A stretch of 55,063 nt of DNA from an uncultured Thiotrichaceae bacterium (GCA_964485705.1 CAZALW010000001.1:1-55063); one strand, 5' to 3'. Counted from the stretch's first letter, positions 28,552 through 37,985 are shown. Notes: generated by a model not told the origin, from the letters alone. Made by a program: numbers and translations.

Positions 28552-31500
28552 AACAATGCCCACTCAACCTGTTGCATTAGGTCTCGATTTTACTGACGAT
28601 AACGCACTGAGCGGTTACCGGCTAAAAAGACTTGAAGTACTCAACTGGGGTACCTTTAATGACCAGATCTGGACATTAAATCTGGATGGAAAAAACTGCC
28701 TGCTCACCGGTGATATTGGCTCTGGAAAATCCACTCTGGTCGATGCGGTCACCACCCTGCTGGTGCCTGCCAACAAGGTAGATTATAACAAAGCCGCCGG
28801 TGCTGAAAAGAAAGAACGCCATCTACGCTCATACGTACTGGGTTATTATAAATCGGAACGCAATGAAACCACCGGTAAAGCCAGACCCGTTGCCCTGCGT
28901 AATCAGAACAGCTACTCGGTGATACTCGGCGTATTCTACAATCAGGGCTACGATCAGACCGTTACCCTGGCACAGGTATTCTGGATGAAAGAGTTGCAGG
29001 GGCAACCTGAACGCTTTTTTATAGGTGCTGAAAAAGCACTTGGCATTAAACAGGACTTCGCCCAGTTTGGCAGCGAAATTAACGCACTGCGTAAACGCCT
29101 GCGCAAAACCGGCTGCGAGGTGATGGATCGATTCCCTCAGTATGGTGCCTGGTTTCGTCGCCGTTTTGGTATTGATAACGATCAGGCACTGGATTTATTT
29201 CACCAGACGGTGTCGATGAAATCAGTCGGCAACCTAACCCAGTTTGTACGTGGTCACATGCTGGAACCGTTTGATGTCACGCCACGCATCAAAGCCTTGA
29301 TAGAACATTTCGATGACCTGAACCGGGCACACGAAGCGGTTTTAAAAGCCCGCAGTCAAATAGAAAAACTAAACCCGTTAATTAGCGATTGTGACCAGCA
29401 TCAACAGCAAAATCATGAGGTCGAGACTTTACGCCAAAGCCGTGAAGCACTGGCAAGCTATTTTGCCGGGAAAAAACTACAGTTGCTGGAACAACGTCTG
29501 CAGCGCCTGCAACAGGATCTTGACCGACAACATAACAAAGTAGAAAAACTTGGCTCAGAAGAGCAGCAACAACAATATCAGCAACAGGAATTAAAACAAC
29601 AAATTGCCGATAATGGCGGCGATCGTATCGCTCGCCTGCAACAGGAAATTGATCAATTACAACGTGAACGTGAACGTCGCCATGATAAAGCCAGACGCTA
29701 TCGCGACCTGTCAGAGCCTCTGGCTCTGCAAACTGTGGACAATGCTGACGATTTTTTGCAACAACAAAATACCTTGCAGAAAAAACAAACACAATTACAG
29801 CAACAACAGGCGGATAACAACAACCAACTGCGTGAAATCGAGTTTGATTTTTTGCGCAAAAAAGAACAGTACAATACGCTCAAGCAAACCATTAAAGATC
29901 TTAAATTACGACAAAGCAATATCGAACAGAATCAAATAAATATTCGCCAGCTGTTATGCCAGGCACTGTCGCTGGATGAAAATGAATTACCTTTTGCAGG
30001 TGAGTTATTGCAAGTACATGAAGAAGATAAAACATGGCAAGGCGCTATTGAACGTCTGATGCATAATTTTGCTTTATCCATGCTGGTACCGGACGAGCTT
30101 TATAGCCAGGTCGCAGAATGGGTAGACCAAACCCGTCTACGCGGTCGTCTGGTGTATTTTCGAGTGCTAGCAAAAACGCAAGTCACGCAGGCATCCGCAC
30201 AGCCAGACTCGCTAATACGAAAAATTGCCATTAAACCGGATTCGGCATTTTACCCCTGGCTGGAACAGGAATTGTTTCGCCGTTTTGATGTTGCCTGTTG
30301 TGAAACCCAACAACAGTTTCGCCGCGAAAAACGCGCCATTACACGTAACGGACAAATTAAATTCTCCGGCGGTCGTCATGAAAAAGATGACCGCTTTACA
30401 CTCAATGATCAAAGCCGTTTTGTACTGGGCTGGAGCAATAAAGACAAAATCAACGCACTGGAAAACGAGGCAAGGCAACAAGAAAGAAGCATGGCTGACC
30501 TTGGCTTAAACATCAGTAAATTAAAACAACAGGAACAGCAGATTAACGACACCTTAAATACCATCAGCAAACTGGAGGAATACCGTGATTTTCAGGAGTT
30601 AGACTGGCAACCGCTGGCGCGACAAATTGCTGACAAACAAAATGAGCTGAAACAAATAGAATCTGCATCCGACCTGTTACAAACCCTGACTCAAAAATTA
30701 AAAGTACTGGCACAACAATATGTCGAAATTTTACAAAAGCTGGATCAGGTAAAAGCTGAACGGGCAAAAACCGAGCAAAAAATTGACGATGCCAGACAGC
30801 TACAACAGGACACGGCTGCGCTTATTGATGAGAGCCAGGCAAAACAACAGCAGCACTATTATGCAAACCTGGAACAACAGCAACAGGCAATGGATGAACA
30901 TAGATTAACCGTTGAGTCCTGCGATAATCAACAGCAACTTATGCGTAAATGGCTGCAGGAAAAAATTGATGCACAGGACAGAAAAATCAGTCGTTTGCAG
31001 GAAAAAATTGTCAAAGCCATGAGCGAGTACAAAAACAGTTACAAACTGGAAACGCAGGAGGTTGATGCAGCGGTAGAAGCAGCAGCCGACTACCGGCAAA
31101 TGCTGCTAGCACTACAGGCGGACGACCTGCCCCGCTTCGAGGCACGTTTTAAAGATTTGCTCAATGAGAACACTATTCGTGAAGTTGCCAACTTTCAATC
31201 ACAACTGCATCGTGAGCGCGAAACCATTAAAGAGCGCATCGCTCAAATCAACGATTCCCTGACACAAATTGATTACAACCCCGCTCGTTATATCACCCTG
31301 GAAGCGCAGCCCACTCAGGATGCGGATATCCGTGATTTCCAGACCGAATTACGCGCCTGCACCGAAGGCGCACTAACCGGCTCAGAAGACGAACAGTATT
31401 CAGAAACCAAGTTTTTACAGGTTAAACACATTATTGAACGCTTTCGAGGTCGTGAAGGACTCAGTGAACAGGACAAACGCTGGACAAACAAAGTCAGTGA

Positions 31501-31939
31501 TGTGCGTAACTGGTTCAGCTTTGCCGCCTCAGAACGCTGGCGCGAAGATGACAACGAGTTTGAACATTATTCAGATTCAGGCGGCAAATCCGGTGGTCAG
31601 AAAGAAAAACTGGCGTATACCATTCTGGCTGCCAGCCTGGCGTATCAATTTGGCCTGGAATGGGGCGCCATTCGCTCCCGTTCCTTCCGCTTTGTGGTGA
31701 TTGACGAAGCCTTTGGTCGTGGCTCGGATGAATCGGCTGACTATGGACTCAGACTGTTTGAACAATTAAACCTGCAACTGCTGATCGTTACTCCATTACA
31801 GAAAATTCATATCATCGAGCCCTATGTTGCCAGTGTCGGTTTTGTCCACAACGAAGGTGGTCGCACATCGAAACTTCGCAACCTGACTATCGAAGCCTAC
31901 CATCAGGAAAAAGCACAACTGCTGAATGCCAAAAAATAG
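28544..31939 (+). CDS. jetC: Wadjet JetC (SMC-like ABC ATPase; MksF-like)
   Basis: 1131 aa. Walker A GDIGSGKST (28709-28735). Central coiled-coil-type region rich in Q/E/K/L/R (my estimate >600 aa). Signature-like SGGQKEK (31589-31609). Walker B FVVIDEAF (31691-31714). Confidence 0.9.
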   Translation: MTKTMPTQPVALGLDFTDDNALSGYRLKRLEVLNWGTFNDQIWTLNLDGKNCLLTGDIGSGKSTLVDAVTTLLVPANKVDYNKAAGAEKKERHLRSYVLGYYKSERNETTGKARPVALRNQNSYSVILGVFYNQGYDQTVTLAQVFWMKELQGQPERFFIGAEKALGIKQDFAQFGSEINALRKRLRKTGCEVMDRFPQYGAWFRRRFGIDNDQALDLFHQTVSMKSVGNLTQFVRGHMLEPFDVTPRIKALIEHFDDLNRAHEAVLKARSQIEKLNPLISDCDQHQQQNHEVETLRQSREALASYFAGKKLQLLEQRLQRLQQDLDRQHNKVEKLGSEEQQQQYQQQELKQQIADNGGDRIARLQQEIDQLQRERERRHDKARRYRDLSEPLALQTVDNADDFLQQQNTLQKKQTQLQQQQADNNNQLREIEFDFLRKKEQYNTLKQTIKDLKLRQSNIEQNQINIRQLLCQALSLDENELPFAGELLQVHEEDKTWQGAIERLMHNFALSMLVPDELYSQVAEWVDQTRLRGRLVYFRVLAKTQVTQASAQPDSLIRKIAIKPDSAFYPWLEQELFRRFDVACCETQQQFRREKRAITRNGQIKFSGGRHEKDDRFTLNDQSRFVLGWSNKDKINALENEARQQERSMADLGLNISKLKQQEQQINDTLNTISKLEEYRDFQELDWQPLARQIADKQNELKQIESASDLLQTLTQKLKVLAQQYVEILQKLDQVKAERAKTEQKIDDARQLQQDTAALIDESQAKQQQHYYANLEQQQQAMDEHRLTVESCDNQQQLMRKWLQEKIDAQDRKISRLQEKIVKAMSEYKNSYKLETQEVDAAVEAAADYRQMLLALQADDLPRFEARFKDLLNENTIREVANFQSQLHRERETIKERIAQINDSLTQIDYNPARYITLEAQPTQDADIRDFQTELRACTEGALTGSEDEQYSETKFLQVKHIIERFRGREGLSEQDKRWTNKVSDVRNWFSFAASERWREDDNEFEHYSDSGGKSGGQKEKLAYTILAASLAYQFGLEWGAIRSRSFRFVVIDEAFGRGSDESADYGLRLFEQLNLQLLIVTPLQKIHIIEPYVASVGFVHNEGGRTSKLRNLTIEAYHQEKAQLLNAKK

Positions 31940-31978
31940 AATGATTGCAACTACTCCGCAGCAGCAAAAAATAAACAG

Positions 31979-32112
31979 ATTCACCACTAAGTTCACCAAG
32001 TTCACGAAGAAAAATGATTGTAAATGTTCAACACAATTTAATGTGGCATATATTATGTACCATGACCAATATACTTTAAAACTTCGTGGTCTTCGTGTAC
32101 TTCGTGGTAAAT
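31979..32112. repeat. family F-type hairpin repeat (CACGAAG subtype)
   Basis: ATTCACCACTAAGTTCACCAAGTTCACGAAG ... CTTCGTGGTCTTCGTGTACTTCGTGGTAAAT. Same subtype as 47739-47859. Confidence 0.75.
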
Positions 32113-32121
32113 CATTTTAAT

Positions 32122-32343
32122 CTCGTTACCACGCACTGCGTGGTAATGCAGGAGCTAACGCACCAGCGTTACATCAGAAAGACAAGAACCCCAATATCAA
32201 TACCAGCACAATAGTCTGCCACAACAATAACACTGAGAATAAGCATGGGACGCAGCCACTCAATATGGCATAGACCCGATATTCGAGACATTTTAACGCT
32301 GGTGCGTTAATCACTGCATTACCACGCAGTGCGTGGTAACGAG
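32122..32343. mobile_element. REPIN/MITE-like element, family D (copy D2)
   Basis: Same termini as D1 (CTCGTTACCACGCACTGCGTGGTAATGCA ... TGCATTACCACGCAGTGCGTGGTAACGAG), with a different internal sequence. Confidence 0.8.
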
Positions 32344-32346
32344 CCA

Positions 32347-32442
32347 AACGAAGATGGTCGCAGCTCCAAACTTCGCAACCTTACAATTGAAGCCTATCAC
32401 CATGAAAAAGCACAACTGCATGAACGCCAGACAAAAGGATGA
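32347..32442 (+). pseudogene. relic duplicate of the jetC 3' end with fossil stop/start overlap onto jetD
   Basis: 63/73 nt identical to 31850-31922. Its reading frame ends in a TGA (32440-32442) that overlaps the jetD ATG (32439-32441). Confidence 0.8.
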
Positions 32443-33653
32443 ATAACACAACATGCTCCTGGGGTAATAAAAAATCACTGTTAAAGCAGTTGCAAAAATT
32501 ATGGGATAACGGTGCGCTACTAAAAGAAATCGAGTGGCAAAGTGATTTTTTTCCAAAACGATTGCGTTTTAACACGCCAAACAGCAAAGCACTGAGTAAT
32601 GATTTTGAGGCTGTACGTAATTGGGTGAACGACATACAAAAACTACACGGTTTCCGCATTGTTTATAAAACAGTGCGCCACCCGGTCATCGGTAAAAATC
32701 GCGTACCTGATCAAGTCTGGATTGACAGCATAGACATCGCCATTACCCTGCTCAATAAACAGAAACAGGTAAATATATTTTTAAGCCTGCTTGAACAGAC
32801 AAAAACACACACACCTGAAGTTATCGAATGGCTAAAAAAGCACCCGTTAAAAGCACTGTCACTGGCTGACTCCTGGGCAAAACTACTGGATTTTATACGC
32901 TGGCGACAACAGCACCCCTCACCCGATATATACCTGCGTCAGGTCAGTCTGGCCAATATCGACAGTAAATTTATCGAACAACACCGCGCCGTGCTGGCAC
33001 AATTATTAGACCTGGTTCTAACCGATGAACAGATAAATAATAAAAAAACCGGCATTAAACAGTTCGAAGTACGTTATGGTTTTCGCAGCAAGCCAGAAAA
33101 AATTCGCTTTCGCCTGTTAGACAACAAACTGGCTCAGTCACCGGCTCTATTGCCTGGAACTGATTGTGATTACAGCATCACTGCAGATGATTTTCAGCAG
33201 CTTGCCAAAAATTCTGACTTTGTCTCACACATCAAACGCGTTTTTATTACTGAAAACGAAATCAATTTTCTCAGTTTTCCAGCACAAAAAAACAGCCTGG
33301 TTATTTTTGGTTCGGGTTATGGTTTCGAGGCACTGGCAAAAGCACAATGGCTATCACAGTTAACTGTTTTTTACTGGGGCGATATCGATAGCCACGGCTT
33401 TGCCATACTTGACCAGCTACGTAACAAATTTCCTCATGTACAAAATCTGTTGATGGATGAAACAACATTACTGAAACACCGTGAATTCTGGGTGTACGAA
33501 CCAAAACCGGAAAATAGAGTACTACAGCGGCTTACTGCCAGCGAGCAAAAACTTTATCAGGCGCTTGTGGACAATCAATATGCCCAACATTTACGACTGG
33601 AACAGGAAAGAGTTGAATATAAATACCTGTTAAAGGTGTTAGCCAACACGTAG
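32439..33653 (+). CDS. jetD: Wadjet JetD (DUF3322 + DUF2220/Toprim nuclease; MksG-like)
   Basis: 404 aa. The C-terminal region carries a Toprim-like acidic motif ITENEINF (33252-33260) and WGDIDSHGF (DxD, 33378-33398). Last gene of the operon. Confidence 0.85.
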   Translation: MNNTTCSWGNKKSLLKQLQKLWDNGALLKEIEWQSDFFPKRLRFNTPNSKALSNDFEAVRNWVNDIQKLHGFRIVYKTVRHPVIGKNRVPDQVWIDSIDIAITLLNKQKQVNIFLSLLEQTKTHTPEVIEWLKKHPLKALSLADSWAKLLDFIRWRQQHPSPDIYLRQVSLANIDSKFIEQHRAVLAQLLDLVLTDEQINNKKTGIKQFEVRYGFRSKPEKIRFRLLDNKLAQSPALLPGTDCDYSITADDFQQLAKNSDFVSHIKRVFITENEINFLSFPAQKNSLVIFGSGYGFEALAKAQWLSQLTVFYWGDIDSHGFAILDQLRNKFPHVQNLLMDETTLLKHREFWVYEPKPENRVLQRLTASEQKLYQALVDNQYAQHLRLEQERVEYKYLLKVLANT

Positions 33654-33673
33654 ATAACTTTTCAATAAACGTT

Positions 33674-36517
33674 CTACGACATCCCCAACCCATCCAGAAT
33701 TGCTCGCACTCGTATGGCCAGTTCAGATTGATTATAAGGCTTACCAAGAAGACTGGCCTGAAATAGTTTTTGTTCATCGTGAAACACCGCTTTTCCAGTA
33801 TAACCCGATGTAAGCAACACTTTAAGCCCTGGATGACCGGCCTTTTTCGAAATAGTGGTTGCCTGCTGCGCCAATTGATAACCGTTTAACCCACCAGGCA
33901 TGACGACATCACTAAACAGCAAATCAATTGTCGGTTCTTTAGCCAGTATTTCAAGTGCCTGTTTGCCATCATTGGCGGTATAAACGTTGTAACCCAGGGC
34001 TTCCAGGAATTCCCGCGCCAGTTCAACCAGGTTAATCTCGTCATCAACCACAAGTATGCTCTCCGTACCATGAGGAAGCATCTCTACTTGTTCACCACTT
34101 TGCTCACTCTGTTTAACCTCGCCATTGGCTGTTGACAGATTGGCCCTCGGCAGATAGAGATGGAAAGTGGTGCCTACGCCCACTTCAGAGTAGCACTTTA
34201 TATGTCCTCTGGAGCGCCTTACAAAACCAAATACCATGGCCAGACCCAGGCCGGTACCCTTGCCCTGCTCTTTGGTGGTGTAAAATGGTTCGAATATTCG
34301 TTCCTGAAGTTCCTGTGGAATCCCCTCGCCGTTATCACTCACCGTTAACTCAACATAATCTCCGGGGGTAATATCAGGATTCTGCCTGCAATAGTTAGCA
34401 TCAAGGGTGATGTTGCGGGTTTCGATGACCAGATGACCATGGCCAGTCATGGCATCACGGGCGTTGATGCAAAGATTAAGCAGACTGTCTTCAAAGTTTC
34501 CTGGATCAATCTCTGTCAGCCACAGATCATCTGCATACTGCACTACTACCTCGACCTCCGGGGTGACAGCACGAATAATCAGACTCTTCATCTCATCGAT
34601 CAGATGATTAATATCAGTCACGGTTTTCACGGAGGGTTCATTTCGCGAAAAGCTTAGTAACTGTTTTGTTAAATCAACTGCACGCTGACCAGCCTTACCG
34701 ATACTTTCCACCCGTTTGAGTGCTTTGGCATCATCTGCTAACTGACGTTTGAGCAGTTCCAGATTACCCATAATGATGGTAAGCACGTTGTTAAAATCAT
34801 GGGCAATGCCGCCGGTGAATTGGCCAATAACATCCATTTTCTGGCTGCGACGGACTTGTTCTTCCTGTTTTTTAAGCTCAGTAATGTCAGTGGAGATGCT
34901 GCAAACCGCATAGACATTATCGTCACTGTCTAATAGAGGAAATTTAATGGAGACATAGTGATGAGGTTCGTCCCCATGAGGTATAATATCCTCTGATCTC
35001 AGCGCCTGCCTCATGGTCAGCACAGTCTTATGGTTACACTGCATCTCATCAGCCATCTCTTTAGGGAAAACATCAAACGGACTTTTACCAATAATATCTT
35101 TCTGCTGTACGTGAAATAGCTGCTCAAATTGTTTATTAATAAATGTATATCGGCCATCAATATCCCTGACGCAGATAACCGCCGGTGAGTAATTCATGAT
35201 GGCCTGCAAATTACGCAGATTTTTTGCTGCCTCACGCCGCAAGCGATATTGTTCGGTGACATCATTAAACACCAGAACCATGCCTTGAATACCCTCGTCT
35301 CCATTGCGAATCGGCGCGGCAGAATCGGCAATCAGATATTCTTTACCATTTTTTGAAATGAGTGTGGTGTGATTGGCGAGAGAGACGGTTTCACCACTGG
35401 AGATAACTTTTCCTACTGGGTTTTCAACAGGTTTACGCGTGCTGCTGTTTATAATCGAAAAAATGGTTTTTACCGGCAGCCCCTGTGCCTGCTGCAAAGA
35501 CCAACCGGTAAGCTGCTGCGCTACGGGATTTAAACGCGTCACATTACCTTCGGCATCGGTAACAATAACAGCATCACCAATACTGTTAAGCGTGATAGCA
35601 AGATCCTGTTCACGTTGTTGGATTCGGTTAACCATGTCATTGATGGCCTTTTCAAGCTGACCTATTTCATCCATCGAACCATCGCCATACAGCACCGCAT
35701 CCTTGCCCACAGCAATCTGCTGAGCAGCATGGTTTAAGCGTGACAGTCTTTTCGTGATTAATTGCTGCAACAGGTATTGAATAAGAAAATAAAGGACAAT
35801 AAAAAAGACAACAAAGAAGGCAAACTCTTTAAGGTATCGCTGTATAGCTGCCCTGTTTACCATTTCAAAGGGGAGCTTGATGCTTATAATACCCCGCAAA
35901 TCGCCTAGTTTATAACCATAAGAATCGGGATCTGGATAAAGCTTTTGTATGGTCGACGGTGCATGTTCACGTTTACCATGGCATTGCATACAGTATGGTT
36001 CAATAAAGATTGGCTGTGAATAATGGTAGTAAGCCTCGCCCTGTGCATTGTTGAAAGCAACCCAACGCTCTTTCTCTTCCCGGTGCTTGCGAAAGAACTG
36101 TATCGCCTCCATTTCAATGACATCCGCACGATTATCCGGATTGCGGGGTCGATCGCTGACATTGTTAAAACTAAGACCTGAATCAATCCAGCTCTTAAAA
36201 TTATCCGAGATTCTATTGAGTGAGTGAGCAGGAAGAAAACCCAGGGTTTTTTCATTTAGCTCAATGCCACTATCCACAAACTGATGCTGGTAAACACGAC
36301 GAGTGGCCATCAAAATAGCATTCACCGTCCTGGCTTCACTAAGCACCCGATCAAGCGTTTCTTGTTTACTCGCTTGATAGTGCCATAAAGCACCGAGGAT
36401 TAAAACCACTAAGAAAACCCCGGCCAGCACTGTAAACAGTTTGTTTTGAATACCCCAGTCTTTAAATTTTTTCACCACTAGATTACCTTTTTTTTCTTTT
36501 GCCAATTCAAGTATCAT
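33674..36517 (-). CDS. hybrid sensor histidine kinase with a heme-c (CxxCH) periplasmic sensor domain, PAS domains and a C-terminal receiver
   Basis: 947 aa. TM helix, then a periplasmic domain with CMQCH (35978-35992), a second TM plus a HAMP-like segment and PAS regions. H-box GGIAHDFNN, HATPase G-boxes (DNGEGI, GTGLGL). Receiver domain (VVDDE ... FSDVVMPG). Confidence 0.8.
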   Translation of the reverse strand: MILELAKEKKGNLVVKKFKDWGIQNKLFTVLAGVFLVVLILGALWHYQASKQETLDRVLSEARTVNAILMATRRVYQHQFVDSGIELNEKTLGFLPAHSLNRISDNFKSWIDSGLSFNNVSDRPRNPDNRADVIEMEAIQFFRKHREEKERWVAFNNAQGEAYYHYSQPIFIEPYCMQCHGKREHAPSTIQKLYPDPDSYGYKLGDLRGIISIKLPFEMVNRAAIQRYLKEFAFFVVFFIVLYFLIQYLLQQLITKRLSRLNHAAQQIAVGKDAVLYGDGSMDEIGQLEKAINDMVNRIQQREQDLAITLNSIGDAVIVTDAEGNVTRLNPVAQQLTGWSLQQAQGLPVKTIFSIINSSTRKPVENPVGKVISSGETVSLANHTTLISKNGKEYLIADSAAPIRNGDEGIQGMVLVFNDVTEQYRLRREAAKNLRNLQAIMNYSPAVICVRDIDGRYTFINKQFEQLFHVQQKDIIGKSPFDVFPKEMADEMQCNHKTVLTMRQALRSEDIIPHGDEPHHYVSIKFPLLDSDDNVYAVCSISTDITELKKQEEQVRRSQKMDVIGQFTGGIAHDFNNVLTIIMGNLELLKRQLADDAKALKRVESIGKAGQRAVDLTKQLLSFSRNEPSVKTVTDINHLIDEMKSLIIRAVTPEVEVVVQYADDLWLTEIDPGNFEDSLLNLCINARDAMTGHGHLVIETRNITLDANYCRQNPDITPGDYVELTVSDNGEGIPQELQERIFEPFYTTKEQGKGTGLGLAMVFGFVRRSRGHIKCYSEVGVGTTFHLYLPRANLSTANGEVKQSEQSGEQVEMLPHGTESILVVDDEINLVELAREFLEALGYNVYTANDGKQALEILAKEPTIDLLFSDVVMPGGLNGYQLAQQATTISKKAGHPGLKVLLTSGYTGKAVFHDEQKLFQASLLGKPYNQSELAIRVRAILDGLGMS

Positions 36518-36642
36518 TATTTTAATTTTAGTAAAAAGTCATCCGCAAAGAACACTAGTGCGTTAACTATAGTGCAATTTTATTGTCATAACGTCTGAAT
36601 ATTGAAAATATAGTACAGTCTGCAATAATATGAATGGTATCT

Positions 36643-37983
36643 CTAAAAATTCGTAAAATGTCGATGCAACAGCGCATCATAACTCCGGATGCGTGTAACA
36701 TACCGCACCGGTTCATTGCCACGCGCATAACCATAGCGTAAATCTTTGTGGTACTTTTTCTGGCTTAACAAAGGTAAAACTTCTTTCATGTCATACCAGC
36801 GGTCTGGGTTTTTATTTAATTTCCTGGCTAGGGCTTGCGCATCTCGAAAGTGACCGCGTCCCACATTATAAGCGGCTAATGCCAGCCAGCTTCGATCCGG
36901 TTCATCTACATGTTCAACCATTTTTTTCATCTTTGCCTGAAACTTTGCACCTGCATATATATTTTGTTTAGCATCTAAACGACTGGTCACACCTAATGAT
37001 TTAGCTACCGGTTGCGTTAACATCATTATGCCGCGTACACCCGTCGGACTTTTTGCTTTTGGATTCCAGTGTGATTCCTGATAACTTTGCGCGGCAAGTA
37101 ACGAGGGTTCCAGATCATTTTTTGTTGCAGCATCGATGAAGTATTCCTTGTATTTCGGCAGACGTGTTTCGATTCGTTTTAAAAATTTATGGATATCAAC
37201 ATAATCAAATATTTCAACATAACCATAATATTTTTCCAGCATATAAGCCAGTTCATTATTATTTTTATATTGATCAAACCAGTCATTGACAGCCTGTTTT
37301 AAATCATCATTATTTTTATTTAACATCCAGGCGAGTTGTGACTCTTTTGCCAGTGTGTATTTGTTTTGTATCTCTGTGTGATAGCGGCGTTCTATGTTGT
37401 ATAAAATGGAATCAGTTATCGTACACTCTATGTTATTCTGCGCGACCTGTTCAATTAAATCCGTTGTATTCAAGTCATGATTTACTGTCCATGACATTTC
37501 TGGATATGCTTTTAATGATTCGATAAAAGTAGTATCTGCCGCTATTACAACGTCAAGATTGTTTAATTCTTTTTTATTTTTAATCTTTTTCTTACTGCGA
37601 TGACAGACTAATAATTCATTTGTCGTTAAATAAACAGGCCCATAATCAAATTCTTTTGTCCGGTGTTCATTAATGGTTAAAACAGAAGCGGCTATATCAC
37701 CTTCATTATTACGCAAAGCATTTAACAAATCTTTTGTTGAATCATAGACCTTATACTCCACATCCAGCCGCAGGCTTTTTGCAAAAGATTGCGTCATATC
37801 ATATTCAGGACCGGTCAGCTGGTTATCACGATCATAATAATATGTGGTAGGTGTATTGGTCGTTAAAACAATCAGTTTTCCACGCTGTTTGATCTCTTTT
37901 AGTGACAAAACCAGATCAATTTCTTCTGCCTGATTACAGGCCAGCAATAATACTGACATGACAAGAATTATTATTGACTTCAT
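36643..37983 (-). CDS. mltF: membrane-bound lytic murein transglycosylase F
   Basis: 446 aa. Lipoprotein-like signal (LLLAC), N-terminal solute-binding-like domain, C-terminal SLT domain with QESHWNP. Confidence 0.8.
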   Translation of the reverse strand: MKSIIILVMSVLLLACNQAEEIDLVLSLKEIKQRGKLIVLTTNTPTTYYYDRDNQLTGPEYDMTQSFAKSLRLDVEYKVYDSTKDLLNALRNNEGDIAASVLTINEHRTKEFDYGPVYLTTNELLVCHRSKKKIKNKKELNNLDVVIAADTTFIESLKAYPEMSWTVNHDLNTTDLIEQVAQNNIECTITDSILYNIERRYHTEIQNKYTLAKESQLAWMLNKNNDDLKQAVNDWFDQYKNNNELAYMLEKYYGYVEIFDYVDIHKFLKRIETRLPKYKEYFIDAATKNDLEPSLLAAQSYQESHWNPKAKSPTGVRGIMMLTQPVAKSLGVTSRLDAKQNIYAGAKFQAKMKKMVEHVDEPDRSWLALAAYNVGRGHFRDAQALARKLNKNPDRWYDMKEVLPLLSQKKYHKDLRYGYARGNEPVRYVTRIRSYDALLHRHFTNF

Positions 37984-37985
37984 AA

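Noticed and set aside
31926-32659. ORFs 31926..32120 (+), 32311..32556 (-) and 32381..32659 (-) between jetC and jetD.
   Set aside because: They run through the F-type hairpin, element D2 and the relic jetC end, or lie antisense to the jetD 5' end. The peptides are low-complexity repeat translations.
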